DNA from: Candidatus Aminicenantes bacterium
Lineage (GTDB): Bacteria; Acidobacteriota; Aminicenantia; Aminicenantales; UBA4085
Reading direction: 5' to 3'
Length of the DNA: 64,000 bases
Assembly (NCBI GenBank): GCA_026393855.1
Contig: JAPKZJ010000071.1
Coordinates: forward strand, 12,567-76,566
Positions 27,415 through 37,859 of this stretch are shown piece by piece. A program made the translations under genes and the position numbers. Position 1 is the stretch's first letter. Each line of letters starts with the position of its first letter. The notes beneath the pieces are model-generated. The model saw only the letters and a list, made by a program, of their open reading frames with translations, did not search any database and was not told the DNA's origin.

Positions 27415-30400
27415 TTATCGAACGATGATCTCGACGCTCCCGGAATGGCTGTTGAACTCGGGCGCGTACATGCACTCGATATGGGCCATGCCGTTCTGGT
27501 ATGTCCCGCGATGGACGACCCGCAGTTGGTACTCAAAGACATAGGTGCCCTTCGGCAGGTAGTCGATGAAGAAGTGGCTGGCCGTGTCCTTGGTCGCTTC
27601 ATAATAGGCCAGCCCGTCCTGGAACTTGTACTGCGACAGGACATTGACCGGCTCCAGGCCGCTGCCCCGGTGGTCCTTCATATGGACGTACTCCAGGTCC
27701 CGATCCGTTCGAAGCTCGATCCGAACGACGACCGTGTCGCCGACCGCGAGCGGCCCGCGAACCGGCTCGATGACCGGCCCCTTGGCCGTGGCCCGGCGGA
27801 CGAAGACCGTCTTCTTCAGAGTCAGTGGGTTCTGGGCATGGGGCGTGATCTTGCCGATGTCCTCGAGGTACTGCCAATGGACGCCGCCCCAGGCGATCCC
27901 GGGGTCCGTCTTCTTGACGACGATCTCGCCCATGGCGGGACGGATCTCGCCCGGCGCATACCTCTTTTCATAGAAGCCGGTCCCGGCCTCGACGGTTTCG
28001 GGCTTGACGGCCTGCCCGCCCAGCCGGACTTCAACGACCGCGTCCGAGGCCAGAATGTCCGTGCCTTTGAGGACCAGGGCATAGATCGCGTCGGCTGTGG
28101 CTTTGGTCGTCTTCCAGTCCTGGGTCTGCTTCTGCTTCAGCAGCCAGATCTTGCACTCCTCGACCGCCTTGGCATCGCCCAGGACCTCGTCGAAGGCCTC
28201 GATCATCATGGCCTGGGTCTCGATGGGCGCCCGGTACCACCACCAGGCGAGCTCGGTCTCGGCCCAGTAGCGGCCCAGCTCGGGGTCCAGCTTGCTCCGC
28301 TCTTTCATCGAGCGCATGATCTTGCCCGGCGTTGCCGCGTCCCCAAACCGTTTCAGGCCGACGGCCAGGTGGGCCTGGCTCTGCCGGTTGTCGAGCGGGA
28401 GCCAGAATTTCGCCCCTTGCCCGAGGAAATAATCAAAGGCTTTGCGGGCGGCATCCGGCACGGGCTTCTCTTTCAAGAAGAAGCTCCGGCCATAGAGAAA
28501 TAACGCGATCGTCGGGCTTAGGTGATTGAGGGCCTGGGTCTTGTCTTTGACGATCTCCCGATAGACCTTGTCGATCCATTCGTCCAGGTGATCGATCGCC
28601 TTCACGGCCAGATCTTGGGAAACGTCTGTGACTCCCAAACGCTTGAGGCGGCCGAAGCCGGTGACGAGGTAGAGGGTGATGTAGCTGTCGCCCCGGCCGC
28701 CGGGGAACCAGGGCCAGGACCCGTCGGCGAGCTGCATGGCCGCCAGCTTGCCGTAGGCGTTTTTCAAGCTCGAGGCCAGCGTGTTCTCGTCGAACAGCAG
28801 GCCGATGGCATGCTTGGCCTGGGTCTCATTCTTTGCCTCCAGCACCCAGGGCGATTCCTGAAGCAGGACGCTCTTAAGGTCCTGGTTCTTCTCCAGGTTG
28901 GAGACAAGCGCAGGCGTCCCCTTCCAAAGATCGAACACGCGCCGGATTTTGGGATCCGAAGCGGCGATGCGGCCGGCCAGGCCATTGGCGTAGAGGCGGT
29001 TGAAGATCTGCTCGGCGCATTCATAAGGGTATGCCATGAGATAGGGCAAGGCCTGAATGGCGTACCAAGCCGGGTTGGAAGCCATCTGCACGGTCAGGCC
29101 GAGCTGTCGAAGCGAGCCGGACCCGCCGGAGTCGGCCAGCTTATCGAAACGGAACGATTTCTCGCCCTTGTCCGATATCCACAGGGGGATCGATTCGCGG
29201 ACCAGCATCCTCCGGCTAAGGACGGGGAACGCCCCCTCCTCGCCGTCGGAAAAGTCCCCCGCCGCGGCCACGGCTTTATAGCCGACCGCTTCCAGCCCGT
29301 CCGGAACGGCGATGGGCCAGGCGAACGATCGGGACTGCTTGGCCGGCAAGGTGAAGGCTTGACGGCGGGACTTGTTGGCCAAGGCCGCGTCAAGCGGAGC
29401 CTCGGTCCGCGGGTCGAAAAAGGCCAGCTCGACAGCGCCGGCCTGTTCGGTCTCGGTCATATTGGTGACCTTGACGGTGAGCTCGATCACGTCTCCCTCG
29501 CGGAGGAAGCGGGGCGGATTCGGCTGGACCATGAGCTCCTTCTGGGTCACGGCCTCGGCTTCGATGGATCCGCTGCGCAGATCCTTGTCGTGGGCGAAGC
29601 CTAGGAACTTCCAGCGGGTCAAGGCCTCGGGGATCTTGAACTCGATCGTCACCGTGCCGTTCTTGTCGGCCAGAAGCTGGGGATAAAAGAATGCCGTTTC
29701 GGAGAGGTTCTTGCGGGCCTTGACGGCTGAGAGATCAACTTCGGCCGGCTTTTTCACGGGCGGCGGAGGAGCGGCGATACCGCCGACGACTCCGCCCACG
29801 ATTCCCCCGGCCATCGATTTGAGCTCGGAGGCCGGGGCAGCGGCCACATCCATAGCCATGCTCGGCTCAGCTTCCGGGATCGCGCCCGGCCGGGCCATCA
29901 TCCGGCGGGACGGATAGTCGAATCCGAACAGGCGCTCCACCACATCCTCTGGAAAACGTATATAGAGGGGCGTTGCGGTCGAGGGGATGGAGTTGAGTCG
30001 ATCGACATAGTCCCGCAGGTCCTGGCGCCGATTGCTGTAGCCGGACCGAAGATTAGTCGTGTCGGAGCGAAAGATGTTCATGACCCCGGGGAACCCGTGG
30101 CCAAGGAACTGGTCGAGAGAAGCGTCATAGAGCGAGGCGACCATTTCAGCCGCCGCCGCCGCGGCCTTGGGGCCTTTGATCTCGAGCGACCAGGTCTCGG
30201 CCTGGCCCGGGCGCAGCTTGGAGCGGAACGTCTTCCAGCGCAAGTCCAGGCGCTTATTCGACCAAGGGACCAACACCCGCCGGGTTTCCCGATAGAGCCG
30301 ATTGTCTTTGACCATGGTCAGGACGATCGTGAATCCGCCGCGGTGCTTTTCGGCTACCCGCACGGTGGTGCGGCCTTGGGTCGCCTCGGCCGAAGCCCAG

Positions 30401-33400
30401 GCCCGCTCGAGCCGGCGCCCGTTCTGATAGAAGTCGATCAGGATCGGGCCTTTCGCATACCCGGTCCCCCACCACAGTTCATAATCATCGCCGACGTCGA
30501 CAATATCCCGGCGGGAGGCGGCGTGGAATGGGACTTTGACGGGGAAGGATGTCGCCGCCGGATCGAGCACCAGGAAGGCGAACCGCGTTTCGACCGCGAC
30601 TCCATCCTTGTCCTTGGTCCGGAGCCTGGCTTGATACGCACCCGGCCCAAGATCGAACGGGATCCGGCAGGCCTGGCGTTCGTCGAGGACGGTCTCGAAG
30701 TCCCGTTTCACCACGACCGCCCCGGCCGGCCACTTGCGCCAATCCGCGGTCCGGGCGAACCCGGCTTCGGGCCCGGATGCCCCCGCTTCCGCCTCGAGGA
30801 CGGCGCTCTCGCCGATGAGGTCGGCCGGCTCGGGCCGCTCGGGCCCGAGGAGCGGGGACACCTCGATGACCCCCTTGGCCGCGACGCGCTTGCCGTTCAA
30901 GGTCAGCGTGGAAGCCGTGAGGACCACGGGCTTGCCCTTCTCCTGCCAGTCGGAGCCGGACAGCGAGGCCTCGAGCGAGGCGAACCCCACCCGGACCCGG
31001 CCTTCATCGCTGCGCGTTTCGCCCGTCCCATCGGTGACGTCGGCGGTAACCGCGAACGTGAAGACCGTACCGGGATCGGCCGGAACCGAAGCGTCGGGCT
31101 TGGCCGGAAAGCGAACCGTGAACTTTCCTTCGACGTCGGTGCGGACGGTGCCGTGGGCGATCTCCTGCGAGTCGCCGCCGGAGCCGCCGCGCCAATAGAA
31201 CCACCACCAGGGATACCGGACTTCGCGTACGACCCGGTATTTGACCGAGGCGCCGTCGACCGGAGCACCGGCATAGGTCGTCGCCGCGCCGGCGAACTCG
31301 ATCGTCTCGCCCAGCTTGAACTCCCGCTCGGGAACGGCCAGCTTGACCTCGAACTTGGGCCGTTTGTACTCCTCCACCCGGACCGACGCCTGCCCGGCCG
31401 GATTCTCCGCCTGAATGGTCATGGCCCCGGTCAGCCGGTCGGTCGGCGCGGAAAACGAGCCGCTGAAGGACCCGAAATCGTTCGTCGTCAGGCTCAAAGC
31501 CGCGATCTCCTCGCGGTTGGCGTCCCGGAAGACGACCCGCACGGACTGCTTGGGCAGGATCCGGTAATTGTCCGCGGCCCGGTCGACATTCAGGCAGAGG
31601 CCCTTGAAAAAGATCGTCTGCCCGGGACGGTAAATGGAGCGGTCGGTGAAGAAGACCGTGACGGGCGCCTCTCGTTCGGTCCGATCGTAGGACCGGTCGA
31701 TCTGCGTCTCGGCGATCTCTCCTCCATCGGCCGTCCGGACGTGAAAAACACGATTGCGATACGAGTCGCCGGCCTGAAGAAAGAAGGCGCCTTGGGCATC
31801 GGTCTTGGCCGTGCCGATCTTAACCAGGGCGGACTTGTTGTAATCCCATTCATAGGCAACGATGTCCGCGCCGGGGACCGGGTCGCCCGAGGCGGCCCGA
31901 ACGATGAGGCCTTCCGGAATGAGTCCGGCGGTCCCGGCCACGAAACCGAGGTCGGAAACCCAGAACGACGCGGCTTCGACTTTATTGGCCTTGTTCGCGA
32001 ACGACTCGTCATGGCTGGCCAACAGGTAATAAAAGCCGGGCTTGAGGGCCGGCATCTCCACCAATGCCCGGCGCGATTGATAGTCTTTGGTGGGCTTCAG
32101 GTCGGCCGACCAACGGGCCTGGGGCGCCCGGGTTAAAATCTTGGCCACGGCATCGTCGTTCAGCCAGAAGAGCGTCTCGGCCCCCCTGCCGGCCAACAGG
32201 CCGGCGAAATCCTCCCGCACGGCCCGAAAATGGAGCCGGGTGACGTTCCGGTATTCAACAACCAGCCGGGCCGGACGGTCCGGCGCCACCACCCCTTCGG
32301 TCCGGACATCGAACTCGCGGGCCGTGATGCGGGCCATCAGAACTCTGCAATTCGCCGCCCCGATCGACTTGGGGTGGGCATCGGCGCCCCGCTTGGCTAA
32401 GGCATAGGCCTGGATAAAATCGCCGGACTCGTGCACCGCTTCGGCCCAACGGGCCAGGGCGGAGGCTTGAAGCGGCGAGGCGGCATGCACCTCGACCAGT
32501 TCGCGCAGGCGCTGGATATAGCGATCGCGGGCGGCGTCGCCGGCCGAGGCTTTGGCGAAATCGAGCCGCTGGAGGTCGATATCGAACGCCGCATCGCCGT
32601 CGGCGTCGCCCTTGTGAAAGGCCAGCAGGCCCTGAAAGACTCGCAAAGCCCGCAAGGCGGGGGCTTCCTGATCCGTCGTCTCGGGTTCGTACTTCAAGAA
32701 TTCGGCCGCTGGGGCCAAGGCGGCCGAGTCAGCCGTAATCTCGAAAGCGTCCTCGGGACGGGCCGCGGCCTGCTCGCCGGAAGCATAAAACTCGAGCGCT
32801 TCGAAGGCCGCGAAATCATAGAGCGTCGGCCGCCGAGTAGACGGCTGGTCGCCCGGCAGAAGAAAGCCCAGGAAAGCCGCGATCGGAGTCTTCTTCAAGT
32901 TCTCCGCGTCCTTGAAGATGTCCTGATAGAGCCCGTCGATCGTCCGCAGCAGCCGGGGCAGGTCCCAAGTCGTGAAATCCTTGTCGTCGACACCCTCCGT
33001 CGCGGTCCGCCCGGTGAACCGCCAGCGGTTGCGCGAGAAATAGCTCCAGTACCAGCGGGCCAACACGATCCGCAGCATCGGCTTGAGCGATTCGGGAGCC
33101 TTCCCGATCTCCTCCTGCAGCCGGACGAGGCGCGGCCCCGGCTGGTTCCCTTCGATCGTCGCCTCCAGGATGAGCTGCCGGGTCAGAGCCCGCAGGGCTT
33201 CGGCCGGCTGGCGGTCCGCGGCGGAGGCGGTATAGATCTTCTTCAGCAGGTCGACGGCGGTCTGGGGCAGCCCATCCTTTTCGGCCTTGGCAACCTGGGC
33301 CCAGAGCTCGACCGTGTTCACCTTGGGTCGGTCTTGCATCGTTTTTCCTCGGATGGCGCCGGCCACGACGACGGCCAGGAGGACGAGAATGCCGATCAGC

Positions 33401-33429
33401 ATGTGCATCCGGACGGTTCTTTTGCGCAT
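27415..33429 (-). CDS. Bacterial alpha-2-macroglobulin
   Basis: 2004 aa; FTDRSIYRPGQ, VEEYKRP, ARKNLSETAFFYP, PRFLREGD, thioester motif YPYECAEQ, DGSWPWF and MYAPEF. RBS AGGAGG. Confidence 0.93.
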   Translation of the reverse strand: MRKRTVRMHMLIGILVLLAVVVAGAIRGKTMQDRPKVNTVELWAQVAKAEKDGLPQTAVDLLKKIYTASAADRQPAEALRALTRQLILEATIEGNQPGPRLVRLQEEIGKAPESLKPMLRIVLARWYWSYFSRNRWRFTGRTATEGVDDKDFTTWDLPRLLRTIDGLYQDIFKDAENLKKTPIAAFLGFLLPGDQPSTRRPTLYDFAAFEALEFYASGEQAAARPEDAFEITADSAALAPAAEFLKYEPETTDQEAPALRALRVFQGLLAFHKGDADGDAAFDIDLQRLDFAKASAGDAARDRYIQRLRELVEVHAASPLQASALARWAEAVHESGDFIQAYALAKRGADAHPKSIGAANCRVLMARITAREFDVRTEGVVAPDRPARLVVEYRNVTRLHFRAVREDFAGLLAGRGAETLFWLNDDAVAKILTRAPQARWSADLKPTKDYQSRRALVEMPALKPGFYYLLASHDESFANKANKVEAASFWVSDLGFVAGTAGLIPEGLIVRAASGDPVPGADIVAYEWDYNKSALVKIGTAKTDAQGAFFLQAGDSYRNRVFHVRTADGGEIAETQIDRSYDRTEREAPVTVFFTDRSIYRPGQTIFFKGLCLNVDRAADNYRILPKQSVRVVFRDANREEIAALSLTTNDFGSFSGSFSAPTDRLTGAMTIQAENPAGQASVRVEEYKRPKFEVKLAVPEREFKLGETIEFAGAATTYAGAPVDGASVKYRVVREVRYPWWWFYWRGGSGGDSQEIAHGTVRTDVEGKFTVRFPAKPDASVPADPGTVFTFAVTADVTDGTGETRSDEGRVRVGFASLEASLSGSDWQEKGKPVVLTASTLTLNGKRVAAKGVIEVSPLLGPERPEPADLIGESAVLEAEAGASGPEAGFARTADWRKWPAGAVVVKRDFETVLDERQACRIPFDLGPGAYQARLRTKDKDGVAVETRFAFLVLDPAATSFPVKVPFHAASRRDIVDVGDDYELWWGTGYAKGPILIDFYQNGRRLERAWASAEATQGRTTVRVAEKHRGGFTIVLTMVKDNRLYRETRRVLVPWSNKRLDLRWKTFRSKLRPGQAETWSLEIKGPKAAAAAAEMVASLYDASLDQFLGHGFPGVMNIFRSDTTNLRSGYSNRRQDLRDYVDRLNSIPSTATPLYIRFPEDVVERLFGFDYPSRRMMARPGAIPEAEPSMAMDVAAAPASELKSMAGGIVGGVVGGIAAPPPPVKKPAEVDLSAVKARKNLSETAFFYPQLLADKNGTVTIEFKIPEALTRWKFLGFAHDKDLRSGSIEAEAVTQKELMVQPNPPRFLREGDVIELTVKVTNMTETEQAGAVELAFFDPRTEAPLDAALANKSRRQAFTLPAKQSRSFAWPIAVPDGLEAVGYKAVAAAGDFSDGEEGAFPVLSRRMLVRESIPLWISDKGEKSFRFDKLADSGGSGSLRQLGLTVQMASNPAWYAIQALPYLMAYPYECAEQIFNRLYANGLAGRIAASDPKIRRVFDLWKGTPALVSNLEKNQDLKSVLLQESPWVLEAKNETQAKHAIGLLFDENTLASSLKNAYGKLAAMQLADGSWPWFPGGRGDSYITLYLVTGFGRLKRLGVTDVSQDLAVKAIDHLDEWIDKVYREIVKDKTQALNHLSPTIALFLYGRSFFLKEKPVPDAARKAFDYFLGQGAKFWLPLDNRQSQAHLAVGLKRFGDAATPGKIMRSMKERSKLDPELGRYWAETELAWWWYRAPIETQAMMIEAFDEVLGDAKAVEECKIWLLKQKQTQDWKTTKATADAIYALVLKGTDILASDAVVEVRLGGQAVKPETVEAGTGFYEKRYAPGEIRPAMGEIVVKKTDPGIAWGGVHWQYLEDIGKITPHAQNPLTLKKTVFVRRATAKGPVIEPVRGPLAVGDTVVVRIELRTDRDLEYVHMKDHRGSGLEPVNVLSQYKFQDGLAYYEATKDTASHFFIDYLPKGTYVFEYQLRVVHRGTYQNGMAHIECMYAPEFNSHSGSVEIIVR

Positions 33430-33590
33430 CGATCCTCCTGGCGCCGGGCGGCGGGCGCCGCGTTCTGGCTCCGCTCCGGATACAATCGCCCGGAGCGCTT
33501 ATTCCATTTTATATGTAAAAGCCGGCAAAGAAAAAGCCGGGATTGCGCGAAAGCCGGGGCGAAGCTATATTGGGATTCCCGGAGGGCCCC

Positions 33591-34754
33591 ATGAACGAAA
33601 GTCCAGCAGTGAATTCCCTGTCGGCAGGCGATCTGGTCGGCCTGGTCCACTCCGTCTTTCCACCCTTCCCCGGCGACAGGCTGCTGGCCGTTCTCGTGGA
33701 TCTGCCGCATGATCCCGCCTCCGACAACGCCCCCTGGCGCGAACGCCGCGGGTTGGCGGCGGCTTGGGCGGCAGCCCTGCGAGACGGAGCGACCGAGCTC
33801 CAACTGGAAGGGGTCGATCTTATCGCTTATCCCGATGTCGGCTCGAACAACGCCGATCTGCCCGCCGAGGCTTTCCTGATCGAGAGCGACCTGCCCGACG
33901 GAGCAGCCGGGCTGGCCGCGGCCGGCCGGGCGATCGCCTTTGAAGAAGTCTTCGCTTCCCATCAGCTCTACCTGGCGCCGACGGAGTTCTCGACTACGGC
34001 GCCGCTCAAGAACGCCGCCAAGCGGTTCGGCTTCCGGGCCGCGACTATGCCGGGCTTCGCCGCCTCCATGGTCCCCGCCCTGCGCATCGACTACGGGCTG
34101 GTGGCGGAACGGGTCATGGTCCTGAAAGACCGCCTCGACGCGGCGGCGCAAGCCGAAATCATTCTGGTCGCCGACGGCTTGCCGCACTTCCTGACTCTCG
34201 ACTTGCGGCACCGGACCGCGCACTCCTCGACCGGCCGTTTCCCGGAGGCCGGGACGGCCGGCAATCTGCCCTCGGGCGAAGCCTATATCGTCCCCTTCGA
34301 AGGCGGCCTCGGCGATCCGAGCCAAAGCGCGGGGACGCTGCCGGTGGATACGGGCCGGGGGCTCGTCGTTTTCACGATCGCCGCCAACCGGGCGGTCGAA
34401 GTCCGGGGCGAAGAGCCCGCGTGGACGGAGGAAGCCGATCATCTTCGGCGCGAGCCGGCCTACGGCAACATGGCCGAGCTGGGCTTCGGCGTGCTGGCCG
34501 ACTTCGGCCTCGACCCGGTCGGCGAGATCCTGCTCGACGAGAAGCTGGGCCTTCACATCGCCTTCGGACGCAGTGATCATTTCGGGGGCGCCGTCGGTCC
34601 CAAGGATTTTTCGACTCCGGCGGAGGTCATCCATCTGGACCGAATCTACATCCCGCAAAGCCAGCCCCGGGTCGCGGTTCGCTCGGTCGTCCTCGTCGGC
34701 CCGGACGGCGGCCGCGAGGAGATCATACGGGACGGGACCTACCGGATTTTCTAG
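33591..34754 (+). CDS. Thermophilic metalloprotease M29-like aminopeptidase
   Basis: GNLPSGEAYIVP, AELGFG, ILLDEK...HIAFGRSDHFGG and HLD. RBS GGAGGG. Confidence 0.75.
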   Translation: MNESPAVNSLSAGDLVGLVHSVFPPFPGDRLLAVLVDLPHDPASDNAPWRERRGLAAAWAAALRDGATELQLEGVDLIAYPDVGSNNADLPAEAFLIESDLPDGAAGLAAAGRAIAFEEVFASHQLYLAPTEFSTTAPLKNAAKRFGFRAATMPGFAASMVPALRIDYGLVAERVMVLKDRLDAAAQAEIILVADGLPHFLTLDLRHRTAHSSTGRFPEAGTAGNLPSGEAYIVPFEGGLGDPSQSAGTLPVDTGRGLVVFTIAANRAVEVRGEEPAWTEEADHLRREPAYGNMAELGFGVLADFGLDPVGEILLDEKLGLHIAFGRSDHFGGAVGPKDFSTPAEVIHLDRIYIPQSQPRVAVRSVVLVGPDGGREEIIRDGTYRIF

Positions 34755-34763
34755 GACAGGAGC

Positions 34764-37700
34764 ATGACCATGCCGCGCCGCCTCGTTATCCTCAAAAATT
34801 GGATATTCTTTATCCTGACGGCTTTCGCTCTCCTCGGGCTTAGCTCCGCCTGTAGACCGAGGTCCGCCCCCCAAGGGGACGCCCAGATGCGGGCCGATCT
34901 CGAAGCGGGTTTTCGCCGGCCTCCGGATGAGGCCCGCCCCTGGGTCTATTGGTTCATCATGGACGGCAATTCGAGCCGGGAAGGGATCACCGCCGACCTG
35001 GAAGCCATGAAACGGGCCGGGATCGGAGGCGTCATCCTCCTCGAGGTCGACGTCGGCATCCCCCGCGGCCCGGTCGAATTCATGAGCCCGGCCTGGCGGG
35101 CCCTGTTCAAGCACGCCGTCGAGGAGGCCGAGCGGCTCGGCCTGGAGATCACTCTCAACGCCGGCCCCGGCTGGACGGGCAGCGGCGGCCCTTGGGTCGA
35201 ACCCGGCCAATCCATGCAGCATCTCGTCGCCTCGGCAACCGAGGCGGTAGGCCCGACCCATTTCGATGCCATCCTGCCGCAGCCCCCTCCCCGGCCCCGC
35301 TACTTTGGCGGGAAAGTGCCCGAGGCATTGGACAAGGCCCGGGAGTCGTTCTATGTCGATGTGGCGGTGCTGGCTGTTCCGACGACGCCTGCCGGGGCCC
35401 GCATTGCCGACATCGACGAGAAGGCGCTGTTTCTCCGGCACCCCTATTCCTCGATGGCCAAGGTCAAGCCCTTCCTGCCCGCGCCCGCAGCCTATCCGAC
35501 GGCGGCCGCATCCGCGGTCGTAGACCGCGGCCGCATCATCGACATCAGCGGCCGCCTGGAGGCGAACGGACGCGTGGCCTGGGACGTCCCGGCCGGGCGC
35601 TGGACGCTGCTGCGGTTCGGCCGCGTCAGCACCGGGGCCAACACCCGGCCGGCGCCCCTGCCCGGCTTGGGCTTGGAGTCCGACAAGTTCGATCCCGCCG
35701 CCCTGGACGCGCACTACAAAGCCTATATCGGCGCCCTGCTGGCCGAGATCGGTCCCCGCCCGGCCGGACGGCGGACGGGCTGGACGATGCTGCATATCGA
35801 CAGCTGGGAGATGGGAGCCCAGAACTGGAGCAGCGCTTTCCGGGAGGAATTCCGCAGGCGCCGCGGGTACGATCTCTTCTCCTTCCTACCGGTCTGGACG
35901 GGGCGCATCGTGGACAGTCCGGAAATCTCGGAGCGCTTTCTGTGGGATCTTCGCCGGACCGCCCAGGAGCTGGTCGTGGAGAACCACGCCCGGCACCTCA
36001 AGGAGCTGGGCCGTCGGGACGGCTTCGGCTTGTCCATCGAGCCGTATGATATGAACCCCTGCGCGGATTTGAGCCTGGGGGCGGAAGCCGACGTACCGAT
36101 GGGCGAGTTTTGGGCCCGCGGCTTCGGGTTCGACACCTCTTACAGCGTCTTCGAGGCCGTCTCGATCGCCCACACGCGGGGGCGGACGATCGTCGGGGCG
36201 GAGTCATTCACGGCGGACGACCGCGAAGCGTGGCGGCTCCATCCCGGGGCGATGAAGGACCAGGCCGATTGGGCCTTCGCGGCCGGGATCAACCGCTTCG
36301 TCATCCACCGCTACGCCCACCAGCCGCGTCTCGACCAGGCGCCCGGGATGACCATGGGGCCGTATGGAGTCCACTACGAGAGAACCCAAACCTGGTGGGA
36401 GATGTCGTCGGCCTGGAACCTCTACCTGGCCCGCTGCCAGTTCCTGCTGCGCCGCGGCTTGCCCGTGGCCGACATCCTCTACCTAGTTCCGGAGGGGGCA
36501 CCCCAGGTCTTTGTGCCGCCACCGTCGGCTCTCTGGGGACCGAAGCCCGTCCAGAATCGTGGCGTCTTCCAATTCGACGGCTGCGCCCCGGAAAATCTGA
36601 TCGAGCGGGCCTCGGTCCGGGACGGCCGAATTGTCTTCCCAGGCGGCTGCAGCTACGCCGTCCTTGTCCTGCCCGAGCGGGAGACCATGACGCCCTCCCT
36701 GCTCCGTAAGGTGCGGGATCTTGTCGCGGACGGGGCGACCGTCATGGGGCCACGCCCCTCGGCCTCGCTCGGGCTGGAAGGATATCCGGCCTCGAACGCT
36801 GAGATAAAAGGTCTGGCGGAGGAGGTCTGGGGGAACCGCCCGGCGCCGGAGCGGGTGATGAGACCGGCGCGCGCTTTCGGAAAGGGGCGGATTTTCGAAA
36901 CGCCCAGACCGGCCGCAAATCCGACGGCCGATGGCTCGATCCCCCAGTATCCCGAGTATGGCTTGACCGCCGGGGTGTTGACGGCATCGCGAACCCCGCC
37001 CGATTTCTCTTCGAACGGCGCGTTCCGTTTCCTTCATCGCCAAGACGGGGAGACAGATATCTATTTCGTCTCCAATCCGTCGGAGGAGGCCGTCAAGGTT
37101 GCCTGCAGCTTCCGCACGGCCGGCAAAACGGCTTCGTTGTGGGACGCCGTCACGGGCCGGATCCGTCCGGCGCCCGCGCTCGTCGAAGATCACGGCCAAA
37201 GCCGCATGGAATTGACGTTGGAAGCCCACGGCTCCATCTTCGTCGTCTTCCAGCCGCGCGGGGCCGCGTCGCGGACAGAGCCATCGAATGTGGCCGATCT
37301 TCGGCCGGCCGCGGAGATCCGCGGGCCGTGGGCCGTCTCGTTCGGGACGGGGCCGGAAGCGCCGGCCGAGTTCGTTCTCCCGGAATTAATCGACCTGGCC
37401 GGGCATGCCGACGAGGCTGTCCGGCATTTCAGCGGCACGACGGTCTACACCGCGGAATTCGCCGGCCCGAACCCGGCGGGCCGCGTCGTCCTGGACCTGG
37501 GCCGGGTCGAAGTCATGGCCAAGGTTCGCTTGAACGGCCGCGACCTCGGAGTTCTCTGGCACGCGCCCTTCCGGGTGGATGTCACCGATGCTTTGCGCCC
37601 GGGTCCCAACAAGCTCGATATCGAGGTCGCCAACCTCTGGCTCAACCGGCTGATCGGGGACGCCGCGCTTCCGCCCGACAAAAGGCCGGCCCGGACGACA

Positions 37701-37784
37701 TGGAATCCATACAAAGCCGACACTCCTCTGCCGCCCTCGGGGCTCATCGGCCCAGTTAGGCTGCTTGTCCCGGAAAGCCGCTGA
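34764..37784 (+). CDS. Glycoside hydrolase family 106 (alpha-L-rhamnosidase-like), probable lipoprotein
   Basis: LSSAC lipobox; ARPWVYW, GITADLEAM, HIDSWE, PMGEFW, GAESFT, GINRFVIH and C-terminal SGLIGPV. Confidence 0.85.
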   Translation: MTMPRRLVILKNWIFFILTAFALLGLSSACRPRSAPQGDAQMRADLEAGFRRPPDEARPWVYWFIMDGNSSREGITADLEAMKRAGIGGVILLEVDVGIPRGPVEFMSPAWRALFKHAVEEAERLGLEITLNAGPGWTGSGGPWVEPGQSMQHLVASATEAVGPTHFDAILPQPPPRPRYFGGKVPEALDKARESFYVDVAVLAVPTTPAGARIADIDEKALFLRHPYSSMAKVKPFLPAPAAYPTAAASAVVDRGRIIDISGRLEANGRVAWDVPAGRWTLLRFGRVSTGANTRPAPLPGLGLESDKFDPAALDAHYKAYIGALLAEIGPRPAGRRTGWTMLHIDSWEMGAQNWSSAFREEFRRRRGYDLFSFLPVWTGRIVDSPEISERFLWDLRRTAQELVVENHARHLKELGRRDGFGLSIEPYDMNPCADLSLGAEADVPMGEFWARGFGFDTSYSVFEAVSIAHTRGRTIVGAESFTADDREAWRLHPGAMKDQADWAFAAGINRFVIHRYAHQPRLDQAPGMTMGPYGVHYERTQTWWEMSSAWNLYLARCQFLLRRGLPVADILYLVPEGAPQVFVPPPSALWGPKPVQNRGVFQFDGCAPENLIERASVRDGRIVFPGGCSYAVLVLPERETMTPSLLRKVRDLVADGATVMGPRPSASLGLEGYPASNAEIKGLAEEVWGNRPAPERVMRPARAFGKGRIFETPRPAANPTADGSIPQYPEYGLTAGVLTASRTPPDFSSNGAFRFLHRQDGETDIYFVSNPSEEAVKVACSFRTAGKTASLWDAVTGRIRPAPALVEDHGQSRMELTLEAHGSIFVVFQPRGAASRTEPSNVADLRPAAEIRGPWAVSFGTGPEAPAEFVLPELIDLAGHADEAVRHFSGTTVYTAEFAGPNPAGRVVLDLGRVEVMAKVRLNGRDLGVLWHAPFRVDVTDALRPGPNKLDIEVANLWLNRLIGDAALPPDKRPARTTWNPYKADTPLPPSGLIGPVRLLVPESR

Positions 37785-37793
37785 ATATGTAAA

Positions 37794-37855
37794 CTCTGCC
37801 AATTCCGGGGAGAACAGAGCGGTTCGGCGTTTCGGCCAACGGCGAAACCGCGCGG
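37794..37855 (+). repeat. Dispersed structured repeat element, truncated copy F (left arm only)
   Basis: TTCCGGGGA...GCGGTTCGG...TCGGCCAACGGCGAAACCGCGCGG matches the left arms of copies C and E, then ends next to the permease stop codon. Confidence 0.75.
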
Positions 37856-37859
37856 ACGA

